A stretch of DNA of 53,606 nt, counting the filler, from Streblomastix strix (Eukaryota), in assembly GCA_008636045.1 (NCBI GenBank). It is 2 parts of 2 records of this genome, joined end to end, with 100 filler letters (N's around TTAATTAATTAA, not from the genome) between each part and the next. Parts side by side here need not be neighbours in the genome. Positions count along the whole stretch, not along the records: positions 1 to 26,770 come from SNRW01000155.1; 1 more part is not named here. One strand, 5' to 3'. The notes beneath the pieces were generated by a model. That model had not been told where the DNA came from. It did no database searches and was given only the letters and a program-made list of their open reading frames with translations. The position numbers were made by a program, and so were the translations under genes. Positions 12,973 to 24,927 of this stretch are shown here, one piece after another. How positions within the stretch are numbered: the first letter of the stretch is position 1; each line of letters begins with the position of its first letter.

Positions 12973-14782
12973 TAGGGCATTTTTCCCGTGGAAAATATCA
13001 GTATCTTCCACGCCAGCCGCGAGTTACTTGGCGTGGAAAATCCCATAGAAAAAAAATAAAAAATTTTTTTTTTATGTTTTGAGTTTTTTCATATTTTAAC
13101 ATTATTAATTGTATTATTAAAATTCGTATATAATATTTAATGTAGTTAAATATCTTAAATATCTTTGATGATATATTTGCAAAAAAAAATTTTTTGTTAA
13201 ATTTTCTTGAATATTTCAAGATTTTTTAATATTTATTATAAAATATTGATTAAATTAAATATTTTTTGCAGAAATTCGTTAGATTTGATATAGTTTAAAT
13301 TTATTATTCTTTGATTTTTAAAACTTTGCTATTTGAAAAAATGGTTTAAGCAGATTTTTTAATTTTAATTACTTATAATAGTTGTTAAAGTTGATTATTT
13401 ATTAACAATCATTCGAATTTTATAAAATGTAACGTATATTAAATAAAAGAGTAACTAAAAAACAATCATTCATAAACATAATTTCCTGCAATGAGTTTCT
13501 TTTTCTTTGTTCTTAATCTTCGACCATTCTTATCATAAAGTGTTGGTATGTTGCATCTTCGATCCAATTCAAAATTCTAAGTATCTGCTTATTCCTTTGC
13601 AGCATTTCTATCCGCAGCACTCTATTCATAATATCTTAATTCATCAATAATATCATCAAGTTCAGAGCGAAAAGTTGATATCTCTTAATTTCTCACTGAA
13701 TCAGATGAATAATAACTTGATATATAAAAATATATCAAAATACAATAATATTCAGTTATAATCATAATTAAATATTAAATAATAATGAATATAACCTTTA
13801 TTCAGCTACAAGTCTATGCTATACTGCACATTCTGCGATTTCACTAAAGTAAGCTTCTTCTGTTTAGATCTTAGCTCACATTAATGCAGCTGATTGTTTT
13901 GCTTATATAGCTTAATCCGATGAGGTTCTACAAGTCCAGCCTTATGCTTAATAAGATCAATGTTGATAGACTAACAAAAATCATTTTCGAATTAAAAACA
14001 TATAATAAATAAATTATTCCAGCAAACTGTTTATTTATTTCCATCTACTCTTACATTACAGCTTCTTATCGTTCATTGCTCATAAACATTTTTTGTTTCT
14101 TCCAATAGAAAAAGTAATAAAAAATAAGAAATGATTACGAAAATATAAGAAATGAGTGAAAAGTGATAAGCATCTTAAAAATTACAGTTCATATTATTTG
14201 ATTTAATATCAACAGTTTCAAAATATAAATTTACAATTAGATTTGAATCAATTCATCATGTTATGACAAAAAAATATAATCTTACAATATTAAAATATTA
14301 TTATTATTGAGTTATTCATGAATTTAAAAAAATTATTTTTATTCAGAGTTCGATCAAATATAGTATTTGCTGTTTGTTACAATTTATATTATATTTTATG
14401 AAGTTCTAGACAAATTCATAAAAATATTAAAAATTGAGAAATAAATTAGAGCAAAAATTGAAAAATAACATCTTTTTAATAAAATTTCCAATTTAATGAA
14501 AATTGATTGCGCAAAATGAAAAAATTTAATATCAATATATATAAGAACAAAAGTAAAAATGAATTTTTTTAATGAATTTGAGTTTTAACATGTATATAGA
14601 GAAAATTTGAGCGAAAAAGAAAAAATCATTTCATAGCCATAAAGTAAGCGTGGAAAAAATATGCACTCAAAAATATTACCCATATATATTATTTATTATT
14701 ATTATATAGTGTACTATGTTCCGGGTCCACTTTTTGTTCCACCCACAAATTGACAAATTTTTTCCACGGGAAAAATGCCCTA
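12973..14782. mobile_element. Non-autonomous hAT-like DNA transposon (1810 bp) nested in the virus
   Basis: Perfect 23-bp TIRs: TAGGGCATTTTTCCCGTGGAAAA (12973-12995) and TTTTCCACGGGAAAAATGCCCTA (14760-14782). 8-bp TSD GTATTTAA (12965-12972) versus GTATTTAT (14783-14790), 7/8 identical. YAGGG termini with an 8-bp TSD are hAT hallmarks. Subterminal GTGGAA motifs are present. Confidence 0.85.
13466..13925 (-). pseudogene. Intron-containing gene remnant inside the hAT element (possible transposase C-terminus)
   Basis: The minus-strand frame ...AALM*AKIQTEEAYFSEIAECAVQHRLVAEQS|YYSSDSVRNQEISTFRSELDDIIDELRYYE...RRLRTKKKKLIAGNYVYE* joins in frame across a GT-AG intron at 13716-13795. Confidence 0.4.
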
Positions 14783-14836
14783 GTATTTATCTATGTTTAA
14801 TTGAGAATATCTGTTCTTTATTTTTGTTCAGACAAA

Positions 14837-15383
14837 ATGACATAAATTACATCTCCAAGACAGACATCAATTCCAACAATTATAGAAGAAGATTCACCAT
14901 TTGAAAAAAAAGTAATAAACGTCAATTGATTCTCCAAGTCAATCTAGCCGAAGACGAAGCTCAATATTTGAAAATGAATTAACTGCAGATACTTCGGTAT
15001 GTAAATGGTTATTGTACATAATTAATGAGGATGAACATATGTTAAAAGAGTCAGCTCACTTCATTTTATCCATGCCATAACTCATTCGAGTAGTTGCATA
15101 TACATTTGATGTTAATGAATAATAAGTTCAATTGAATGAAGATGTTAGTACATGCTGCACTAGATTCATGAATGACTGTACTATAACATTAACTGAGATT
15201 CGTATTGGAAATGTAAATATTCATGCATTAGATGAAAATAAAGTTAATTTACTAAGAGATACTTATAAGTTATGTCTGCAGAAAGTAAGAAAAATAACAT
15301 CAATTTTAGACTTAAGAGAGATATCATCAAGAGTAATGTAAACAGTATCGTAGGGATTATTAGCAGTTCTATATAAAATCTGA
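14837..15383 (+). pseudogene. Viral hypothetical protein (~180 aa), frameshift in an A-run at ~14904-14911
   Basis: Leader motif TTATTTTTG...AAAATG. After the shift it reads ...CKWLLYIINEDEHMLKESAHFILSMPQLIRVVAY...TCCTRFMNDC... to TGA 15381-15383. Confidence 0.65.
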
Positions 15384-15413
15384 TAAGTAGTTGAGTTGTT
15401 TATTTTTGAATAA

Positions 15414-18400
15414 ATTGCATAAAGTGAAGCACATGTAATGGATGTTATTTAAATTCATGATGAAACATTATTTGGGAATAGTAGATACAATAAGGTTGGA
15501 TTAGTAGAATAAGTTCAAACTATTAACTAACAAGTTATTATTTTATAAAATGCACCACAATCATATGACCAAGAACAGTTGGATGAAATGCTATTATTGA
15601 AGGCAGATAAAACTGATACTTATACTAAAACTGAAACTGATACTCTATAAAATGCAAAAGCTGATAATACTGATACATATATGAAAACTGAAACCGGTAC
15701 TCTACTCGATGCAAAAGCTGATAAAACTGAACTAATCGATTCATATAGCAAAAGGGAAACTTATGCCAGAGACGAAGTCTATACTAAAACTGAAACTTAT
15801 TCTAACTTAGATGAGAAGGCTGATAAGATTGAACTAATTGATTCATATTCTAAGACAGAAGATGATGCACTCTTACTCTTGAAAGCTGATAAAACTGATA
15901 CTTATAGCAAAAGTGAAACCGATACTCTACTCGATGCCAAAGCTGATAAGACTGAACTAATCGATTCATATAGCAAAAGTGAAACTTATGCCAGAGACGA
16001 AGTCTATATTAAAACTGAAACTGATTCAAAGTTAGATGAGAAGGCTGATAAGACTGAACTAATTGATTCATATTCTAAGATAGAAGATGATGCACTCTTA
16101 CTCTTGAAAGCTGATAAAACTGATACTTATTGCAAAAGTGAAACCGATACTCTACTTGATGCCAAAGCTGATAAGACTGAACTAATCGATTCAAATAGCA
16201 AAAGTGAAACTTATGCCAGAGACGAAGTCTATACTAAAACTGAAACTGATTCAAAGTTAGATGAGAAGGCTGATAAGACTGAACTAATTGATTCATATAG
16301 CAAAAGTGAAACTTATGCCAGAGACGAAGTCTATACTAAAACTGAAACCGATACACTGCTTGATGCCAATGCTGATAAAAACCGAACTAATTGATTCATA
16401 TTCTAAGACAGAAGATGATGCACTTTTACTCTTGAAAGCTGATAAAACCGAACTAATTGATTCATATTCTAAGATAGAAGATGATGCACTACTTGATGCA
16501 AAAGCAGATAAAACTGATTTGACTAATTATGTTGATTTAACATCTGCTCAAACAATAACAGGATAAAAATAATTCGGTATTATTAGTGTCTCAAGAATAT
16601 CAAAACAGAGTAAAAATGATGCATCTATTCCTCTTGCTGGTGGAGGTGATATGTTAGTAAGTTCATTAGTTACTTAACCATAATTATAGGAAGTTAGAGA
16701 TATTGCTACTGGAAAGTCAAAAGCATATGTATTCTAAACATAAGCAGAGTTGAATGACTAGATGGCTATTCAAGACAATGTTGCAAAATTAATAATTGGA
16801 GATAACTTATATATTGTTGACAAAGAGGTAACAGATTATTGGTGGGATGGAACTGACTTAAAAGTACTAGAAACTGAATTACCTGATACGAGTAATGTTG
16901 TTACAACACTAGGAGCAGCTACTGGAAGTGGTAATGCAATAACTGATATATCAATTGATGGAAACACATTAACACCTGCTAAAAATAAAAATTTTGTAGA
17001 TATAGATTATGATCAAAGTATTAGTGGTTAAAAGACATTCAATACAACTATTCATTCAGTTGGAATCATGGTTTAAACATATGATAGTTCAAGTGTTGTT
17101 CGTGCAGGTGGAGGAGTTAGATCAATTGCAGATATTTAAAGTGCTTCATATTCCAAATCAGAGGATGATGCGTTGCTGTTATTGAAAGCTGATAAGACAC
17201 AACTGATTGATTCATACTCAAAAGGTGAGACAGATAATCTATTAAATGATAAAGCAAACACTGGAGTTTCCTACACAAAAGGTGAAGATGACACACTACT
17301 ATTTGCTAAGGCAGATAAGTCATAATTGATTGATTCATACACTAAAGGTGAAGATGATGCTCTCCTATTATTGAAAGCTGATAAGACCGAATTGATTGAT
17401 TCATACACGATAAGAGTGAAACAAATAATCTTTTAAATAATAAAGCAAATAATGGAGCTTCTTACACTAAAGGTGAAGATGATGCTTCGTTGTTGCTGAA
17501 AGCAGATAAGACACAATTGATTGATTCATATATTAAGGGTGAAACAGATAACCTGTTAAATAATAAAGCAAATAATGGAGTTTCCTACACAAAAGGTGAA
17601 GATGACACACTACTATTTGCGAAGGCAGATAAGACATAATTGATTGATTCCTATAGCAAAAGTGAAACTTATGCCAGAAACGAACTCTATACAAAAGGAG
17701 AAACCGATAATCAGCTCAATAACAAAGCTAATTAGTCAACAACATATACCAAAACAGAAACAGATCAATTAATATATTAGATTGATACTGGTGATATTGT
17801 TTTAAGTAATTACTACACTAAAACAAAAACAGATGAAATATTGGATGAGAAAGCAAATACAACTGATCTGTCTAATTATATGACCTTAGGTACTTCAAAG
17901 ACAATAACAGCAAATAAGACATTCAATAATGCTTGTAGATTCGTTAGTTCAATTGATGGAATGTCGACAGTAACTGGGTCATCTTTTGTCAAATCAGGTG
18001 CGGATGATACTGTAGTTTTACTTGGAGCAGGTGGAACAAAACCAATATCTGAATTCGCTGGTGCACGAACTGATTTATCAAATTATTATACAAAAACATA
18101 GACTTATTCATAAACTGAAGTAAATAATAAATTTGTAAGATTTAATGGTTCAATTCAATAAACTATTACAGGAAGATTAAAATATGTAAGTCAATTTGAT
18201 TATCCAGATGAAACACAGGATCCTGTAGCTAATACTTACTTAACTATGTCAGAAGTTGACGTAAAACTAACGAATGTTGTTATTACAAATACAACTCAAT
18301 CAGTAACTGGAGCTAAGACTTTCAATGCAAATGTTACCGCTACTGGATTTGTGAAATCAGGTAAAGATGATACATCAGTTCTTTTAGCTGGTGGTGGGGA

Positions 18401-18773
18401 TCAATTATTATCATCATTTGGAGGAGTACAAGTGGAAGATATAACAAGTTTAGTTGTCAATTTGCATTCAAATATTACATTCAATTAATTAAAACTTACT
18501 TAAATAGGCACTTTTTATACTTTAATGATGGAAATTATACCAAAAACTTAAATCGCTACTTCTACATAAACTATAATTTGCACTGTTGGAAGCATAAGTA
18601 ATACCATAACCCCTCCAACACCTCCAAGCACTACATATCGAATTTAATTGGCAACGAAGCGAAAGACATTAACATGTATGTATTCATATAGAGATTTTTT
18701 AATATCTACCGACTCAACAGAAGCATGGGGTGTTAATGATGATGTTGGAGTATAATTTAGTTGGATGCTTTGA
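15414..18773 (+). pseudogene. Tail-fibre/spike-like repeat protein (~1100 aa)
   Basis: Many KADKTELIDSYSK(T/S)E(DDALLLL/TYARDEVYTKTETD) repeats, T(I/V)(T/S)G(Q/A)KTF units and FVKSGxDDTxVLLxxGG units typical of phage tail-fibre shafts, plus a beta-rich C-terminal domain. The start appears mutated (ATT at 15414 after the leader motif). Frameshifts at ~16380 and ~17411; stop TGA 18771-18773. Confidence 0.8.
15595..17880 (+). repeat. Coding tandem repeat arrays of the fibre gene (two blocks, ~15595-16530 and ~17145-17880)
   Basis: Recurring GCTGATAA(A/G)ACTGAACTAAT(C/T)GATTCATA and GAAACTTATGCCAGAGACGAAGTCTAT units, with a ~240-bp higher-order periodicity in the first block. Confidence 0.9.
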
Positions 18774-18852
18774 TAATAAGCTTATTCATATTAGCTTCTA
18801 AAGATGATTACCTAAAGCTAGACAACTATGTTGTTTATTTTTGAACTATAAA

Positions 18853-20394
18853 ATGAGTAATGTATACATTGATGAAGCATTATTAGATGCCGCAGGACTA
18901 TCAGATTTCCCAAAATTATACGCTTATATCCATGAGCGTGAGCCTAAACCAATTGTTGATGGAATAGCTAATCAAATCATTGTTGGACCTCAATACCTTC
19001 AGGATTAAGTGAAAGATAATGATGATAAATTAAATGTGTAACCAATTCCGTAACATATTGTACCTATTGAAATACCATAAGTTTAAATATTTAAGATTCT
19101 TAAGAGTTAATTAGCACCTAATGTTTAAATGTATAATCCTGCTGATGAATACTTCTATTTCTATAAGCTGAGAAACAAAGTAGTATATATCATTGGACGA
19201 TATCTAAGCATTGATTTCATGGGCTTTGTATTCACTAACTTTCTTGAAGAATTGTGGCCATTTAGCAAACACGCATTAGTATTAGAAGATGATGTTGGTT
19301 ACAAACAGAATGTAATGGGGTATATTAGTGAAAAAAGACCTTACTTAGGTGTATCAATTGGGTGTATTGATTAAGTTACATCAATTAAAGGTAATACTCA
19401 TATCGCTATCGCAGGTGTTTAATATACGGATTATGAACCATTAAAGAGAGCAACTAATGATGTTAATAATGATGGGAAGATAAATATTGTAGATGACTGG
19501 CATGTAAATTCAATCATTGATGGAATGAAATCAATGTCATGGGTACAAGATGTTGTGCAAAAATAGACAGAAGCGATAGGTGATGGAGTTCAACAATACG
19601 ATCCAAGTTAACCTGTTTCACTATCTAATTATTTCAATAATAATACTAAATTAGTGAATAATAATACATTCGGACCGTTAAGAGCTGCATATTTCGTTAA
19701 TGAAAGTCGAATATGTACGTTTAATTTCCAAGCTGAAGTTAGTAGTTAGCATGTAAATAATGTATTCAAAGTATTTAAAACAATAGATTCTGATTTATAG
19801 CCTAGACTAGCTAAAATTTTCCCAATAAAGACCTCATTTACCTTATTCGCTGGTAAGATATAGAATAATGGAAATGACACTCCAGATGTTGTTGTGAATT
19901 AGGGATCTGGGTTTTATCCTATGGACTTATGTGACTTTAGTGGAAGTTATTTAATTGATCCACTCCCATAAGAATCAAATTAGAATGATATAACATCAAA
20001 TGGACAACCAATATCTCATATAGATAGTGTAATTATGTAACATGACACCCTTCCTTCAGTTCCAATTCCACCATCAGTATTTCCATAATATGCAGTAACA
20101 GAAGTGTCAAGAGACTAATTACTTGCATTAGCCTATACCCCATATGACTTAGATGCATTTAAGATCTATATTATTGATGATACTGTTAATAAATTAGTCA
20201 TGTTCAATATGCATTTGAGATAGAAAGGATTTATTGAGAGTAAACAGTACCTACTTAGTATGAGTGAGTCAATTGATCCGAAAAAGACATTATTACTTCC
20301 TGTTATGATATTATATGATTTCAACACTGATCCAATACAAGATATTCCATCCTCTTCGCTGGTTCATTCATATATCATCACAGTTAAAAGCTGA
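18853..20394 (+). CDS. Intact 513-aa beta-rich virion-type protein, putative receptor-binding/spike protein
   Basis: Open frame with TAR=Gln. Three similar-looking beta-rich segments and a DVNNDGKINIVD EF-hand/dockerin-like Ca2+ loop (~19459-19497). Lies between the fibre gene and the capsid module. Function is inferred. Confidence 0.7.
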
Positions 20395-20469
20395 TAAATT
20401 TGTGAATTATTATATTAGTGGAAGTTACTTTGTATGAGCATCTAAAGATGATTATTTTTTGTAAATGAA

Positions 20470-20877
20470 ATGGCAGGAATCTTTCATAAAATCAAATAGA
20501 TAGCGCAAAAAATTGGTGAAGGGGCTAACTGGGCAAATTAACATATATATAAGCCCATTAAACCATTTGTCAGTGCATTAGCACCACCTATAATAAGTAA
20601 AGGGTTATAAGCTGCATAAAGTGGTTTAGATGTAATTTATGCAGATAATGGTTAAAACAGAATAATGAACTTGGCTAATTTTAGGAATGATGTGGGTAAT
20701 TTCATTGATGAACCTAGAGTAAGATAGTCAATTGAAAATAAAAGATACATAAGACTTAATCCGAATGTCTCAAGAAATATAAATAGAAGTTTGGGTACTC
20801 ATATCACAATTCCAAGTAATTAAACTGTTAACGGAACACAATATAGTATTCAAGAAGTTGGTGAAGAAGATATTTGA
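20470..20877 (+). CDS. 135-aa protein with an N-terminal amphipathic helix (candidate membrane-penetration/internal virion protein)
   Basis: MAGIFHKIKQIAQKIGEGANWANQHIYKPIKPFVSALAPPIISKGLQAAQSGLDVI...; immediately upstream of the major capsid gene. Confidence 0.7.
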
Positions 20878-20941
20878 AAATAATTCAATTCAAAATTTAA
20901 CTTACGGCATATGACTAGTTTATTTTTGCTTCAAATAAAAC

Positions 20942-22654
20942 ATGAACCGCTTTCTCAATAAGTCAATGCATTTACAATAACTCGGGACTATCGAAGCGAC
21001 ATTAAAAAGTAATTCTGTTGATGCATTTAGAAACGATGGAGAACATCATTATTCAATCAAAGAAATCAAGCCTGAGAGTTAAATGCCTGCACTATTCGAT
21101 AAGGAAATTTTAATTAGTTTATCCGACACTGATCATGATGTAACTTAAATTCAGAATTCATTCCGTTCAATAGTATTCACAGCTAATGTTCAATTTGACA
21201 ACAAATTTGAAGGGTTTGAAGAGGCTTATAAAGATGGAACTGTATTGTTTATTGGACTAAAATCAGCTAGTTAGGTTATAAGAGAATATACTATTTATCA
21301 TAGAGGACGTACTATTGATGGAACATTTTAGAACAATTCAACTATTGAATAATTTATCTATAACACCGTTAAACCACGAAGTGAGAAAAATAATAGAAAA
21401 CACATTCATTCATTGTATGAAAATATACACAAATATGATACATCAGCTTGTGGAACTTATGTAACAATAAGAGAGATAGAAGAAGCTATTAAAGATTAGG
21501 TTTCTGTTCCATACACTATGCCTATAAGATTTAGATTATCAATTCCATTAGATGATATACTTATATTTAGTGGATTTACTGACTATCCTAATTCATTATT
21601 CGGTGATTTGAAAATTAAATTTAAAATTAACCCCAACGCGTTTGTATTTGCATAAGTGAACCCAATTATCAGTACGGCTAAATACTACACTATGAATAAG
21701 ACTGATCTTATGGCTAGTGGTCCTGATAAACTGAAAAACATTGATCTTCTCTTTAGAAATTGGAGTCTTGGATATCAATATACTAAATAATTTACTCAAA
21801 TGGGATGTACTGCAGATCTAATTACAAAAATAAGTATTGAATAAACAACAGATAGTGGATTGAAGAATTTGATGTGTAGTAGCACCCCTGTGACATTATC
21901 AATAAAGAATTACGTTGTAACTGAAGTGACTGCAAATATGAGTGGATATAAGGCAACAAATGACTGTTTATAAAGAGTACGTGAATTCAATGCTAATAGA
22001 CCATTTGTTGTAAATTCATAGAGAGTTGAAACATGGTCATTCCCAACAAGTGCTACTACAACAGGAATTAGAACTTCATAAAATATTCCATTGTCTCATG
22101 TCACTGACTTATGCTTGCTATTTCCTAAAGATGCTAGAGCAACAACTTGTTATGAAAATCCATGCTATCATAATATGTAAGTTACTACATGTGGAAGGAA
22201 TTTCCCTGATATGCCTCTGAATATATTAGACTAACAATTCTTCTAAATTTAATTGAATGTAAGTAACTTAGACCTGCTATTCGAAGCAACTGATGAATTC
22301 GAAGATGCTCTCACAACACCAAGAAACACTGCTTCAAGAAGATTGAATCCTCATACAGATCTGACATCATTCATGATCACTCTTTAATGTGAACGTAATA
22401 GTAATGGTGCACTAACATTTGATGGATTAGATACAAATAATTAAAATGTGTCAGTAGAGTTAAGAGGGGCACCTATTTATTAAAGAGATACAGATTGTTA
22501 TTATAATGTTGATTTAATGGGTAAGAGACCACCTCCACCAATTCTATGCACTAAACATGATACTTTCTGGCTATTTGGACCTGCTAATGGAGGTACATGT
22601 GTTTATGATGTTAATAATACATTTGATGAAGTGATAAGTTAGATTGAAGGATGA
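20942..22654 (+). CDS. Major capsid protein, double jelly-roll (570 aa, intact)
   Basis: Uninterrupted frame. Segments FIGLKSASQVIREYTIYHRGRTID, IPLDDILIFSGFTDYPNSLFGDLKIKFKIN and FMITLQCER...FDGLDTNNQNVSVELRG follow the pattern of Polinton/PLV DJR capsids. Size and position near the penton and ATPase agree. Confidence 0.82.
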
Positions 22655-22692
22655 AAAATTAATTTGATTATTATTATTTTTATTTAATCAAA

Positions 22693-22980
22693 ATGGATTA
22701 CAAAATAGTACATACGAATGGTGAGGGTAAGGTTTTATTCACAGGTAATATTGCAGATGGTAATTATGAAATGGTTTATATCGATAGTTGTTAATTATTC
22801 TTGACAGAAGATCAAATCACTGATTACAAATCTAAAATTAATATGGTTAACGACAAAGTTCAGTACATTAAATAAATGAAACAACTTAGTAATAATTAAT
22901 ATAAGATATATAATACAAGGCTAGCATAGGAAGCGGAAGAAGAAAGATAACTATAATATGAAATTGAAAATGATTTATGA
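22693..22980 (+). CDS. Viral hypothetical protein (95 aa), paralog of 26133-26426
   Basis: Leader motif; reads MDYKIVHTNGEGKVLFTGNIADGNYEMVYIDSCQLFLTEDQITDYKSK... Confidence 0.7.
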
Positions 22981-23005
22981 TTTTATTTTTTTATTTTAAT
23001 CTAAA

Positions 23006-23212
23006 ATGGATCAATAAACATATGATGTACTTTCACAACTACTAAAGAAATTACAGAATGATTATTAATAAAAGACTAAAGAAATATAAGATTTTGATGT
23101 AGAATTAAAGAAAAAATAAGCATACAAAATATATACAAAGTCAGATTATGTGAGTGGTTTAATACGTATAGCTGATAGTTATCATTAAAGATAAGAATAA
23201 CATAAATCTTGA
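23006..23212 (+). CDS. Small helical viral hypothetical protein (68 aa)
   Basis: Leader TTTTTTTATTTTAATCTAAAATGGA is identical to that of the gene at 9024; open to TGA. Confidence 0.6.
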
Positions 23213-23213
23213 A

Positions 23214-23268
23214 TTATCTGAAAGTTAAGAATCTATGATTATCTGAAGGCTAAGAATCTATGATTATT
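23214..23268. repeat. 25-bp tandem duplication in an intergenic spacer
   Basis: ATTATCTGAAAGTTAAGAATCTATG / ATTATCTGAAGGCTAAGAATCTATG / ATTAT. Confidence 0.8.
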
Positions 23269-23290
23269 ATTATTATTTTTGCGATATAAA

Positions 23291-23663
23291 ATGATCTCAT
23301 AACCCAACAGAAAACGAATGATATTAACTTAAAATTCAACTGTACAAACAGATGAAGGGATTAATCAATTTCAATTACCTGTTGAATTTGTCACATCGAA
23401 AAAATAATAGAGAGATAATATTTGTATAATGTAGAACAAATAAGCAAATAATCGGTTAAGATCTTTATTTACATTCTTCTTTTGTGCAAGAAGAGTAAGA
23501 TAATGATTAGTATGTAGGTAAATGTGATGAAAAATGCACAGACAAACATTTTCGTTAATTAAATCATGATAGAAACGTATAATTTTGGTTTAAGAATATT
23601 GATGGTGAATTAGTTGATTAAAATAATATATCATTTATACTTGAAATCTATCTGGTATTTTAA
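23291..23663 (+). pseudogene. Minor capsid (penton, single jelly-roll) protein, frameshifted near 23400-23412
   Basis: QFQLPVEFV...EIIFVQCR...DLYLHSSFVQ...VQFWFKNIDGELVDQNNISFILEIYLVF fits the Polinton/PLV penton pattern (YLHSS; F..DG.LV....F.LE). Lies downstream of the MCP. The expected stop position now reads TAA, and the frame runs on to TGA 23694-23696. Confidence 0.68.
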
Positions 23664-23692
23664 TTAAACTTTATGATTTTGTTTCAAATAAA

Positions 23693-24085
23693 ATGAGTCG
23701 AGTAATATTTGACAGCAAATAGAAGACAGTTAATAAATTCAATAATGAACATTAGTTCGGTGGTATCAATTCAAATTATCTACCGTAATTGAAGATATTA
23801 GAGAAGTATTCACCTGAGTTAGTAACATTTGATACAGTTGATGAGTTCAAATAGTATCTTGTATTGAATAAGGAGTTAATGGATTAAATGACTACATAAA
23901 AAATAAATAAGACATTTAAAGTCAAAGATTATTGTATTACTAAGCTCTAAGGAGTGATTTCTTTGAGAAAATGTCACTCAAGCAATGAAAAAATAGATTC
24001 ACATTAGACAAATAATGATTAACTAGATAAGTTAATTAGTGTATTAATTGATAAGGAAATTATTTCAATTGATGAAATTTCATGA
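23693..24085 (+). CDS. Viral hypothetical protein (130 aa)
   Basis: Open frame ...FDTVDEFKQYLVLNKELMDQMTTQKINKTFKVKDYCITKLQGVISLRK...; convergent with the ATPase gene. Confidence 0.7.
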
Positions 24086-24866
24086 TTCTAATATCTTTAT
24101 TTTTTGTTCCATCATTGCTGTATTATACTATTAAGGCTTATCTCTTTGTTAAATTTATATACTACTCCCATACCTTGTCTTTATCGAATGGTATAAAAGA
24201 TTGATAATAAAATAGGCTAAATTTCTATCTATTGAATCCACCGAAAAAATATATTGTATAAACATTAGCTTTTATACTTGCACCAAGACCTATTATATCT
24301 TACAAACATAGAAAATAAGCGATTCTTGGCTATCTGTTCTTGAATAGCTTTTTAAATAATGGTAATTATTTATTTTTGAATATTGACATTGCGTCATCAA
24401 ATAGAACTAGTGTATGAGGGTATTTCATTTTGAAATTCTCAACTCCAATAGTAGAAAGGATATTTTATTTTGAATCTGATGTTAGTTAATTTTTTAGATG
24501 TTTCTCAACAACAGTATCATATGCTGCTTTTGCCTCTATGAGGTCATTAAGCACCCCATCTATCTCACCGTAAGTAACAATCTTTGTTGGAATAGTGATT
24601 AATGCGCTCATCTTCTTATAAGTTTAATCTTTATTGCTATCAGTAACATAAATAAATAACGTATAACAATTCTTAATCTAACTCAATTTGATTAATTCTT
24701 TGAATACATTATATGACTTACCACTTCCTCTTTATCCTATAAATAAGTTAATAGAATTATATGTAAAGTTAATTTCCTTGTGAATTATGCTCTATACTTC
24801 ATGTTTATTAGTGACTTAACTATCTAGTAATTCATTTACATATTGGGTCAGTGAATGATTTGACAT
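24080..24866 (-). CDS. A32/FtsK-HerA-family virion DNA-packaging ATPase (~260 aa; extra base in a homopolymer near the C-terminus)
   Basis: Walker A INLFIGQRGSGKSY, Walker B HTLVLFDDA, and arginine-finger/sensor NRQPRIAYFLCLQ. ATG at 24866-24864. Stop is likely TGA 24082-24080 after correcting the T-run near 24100. Confidence 0.9.
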
Positions 24867-24927
24867 TTATTTACAGTGAAACTAATGATTGACAAGTAGT
24901 TAGTATCTATTTTTTTGCTTAAACTAA

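Noticed and set aside
12802..13011. Minus-strand 69-aa ORF
   Set aside because: Its start lies inside the hAT left end, and no convincing start was found when the empty site was reconstructed. No recognisable motif.
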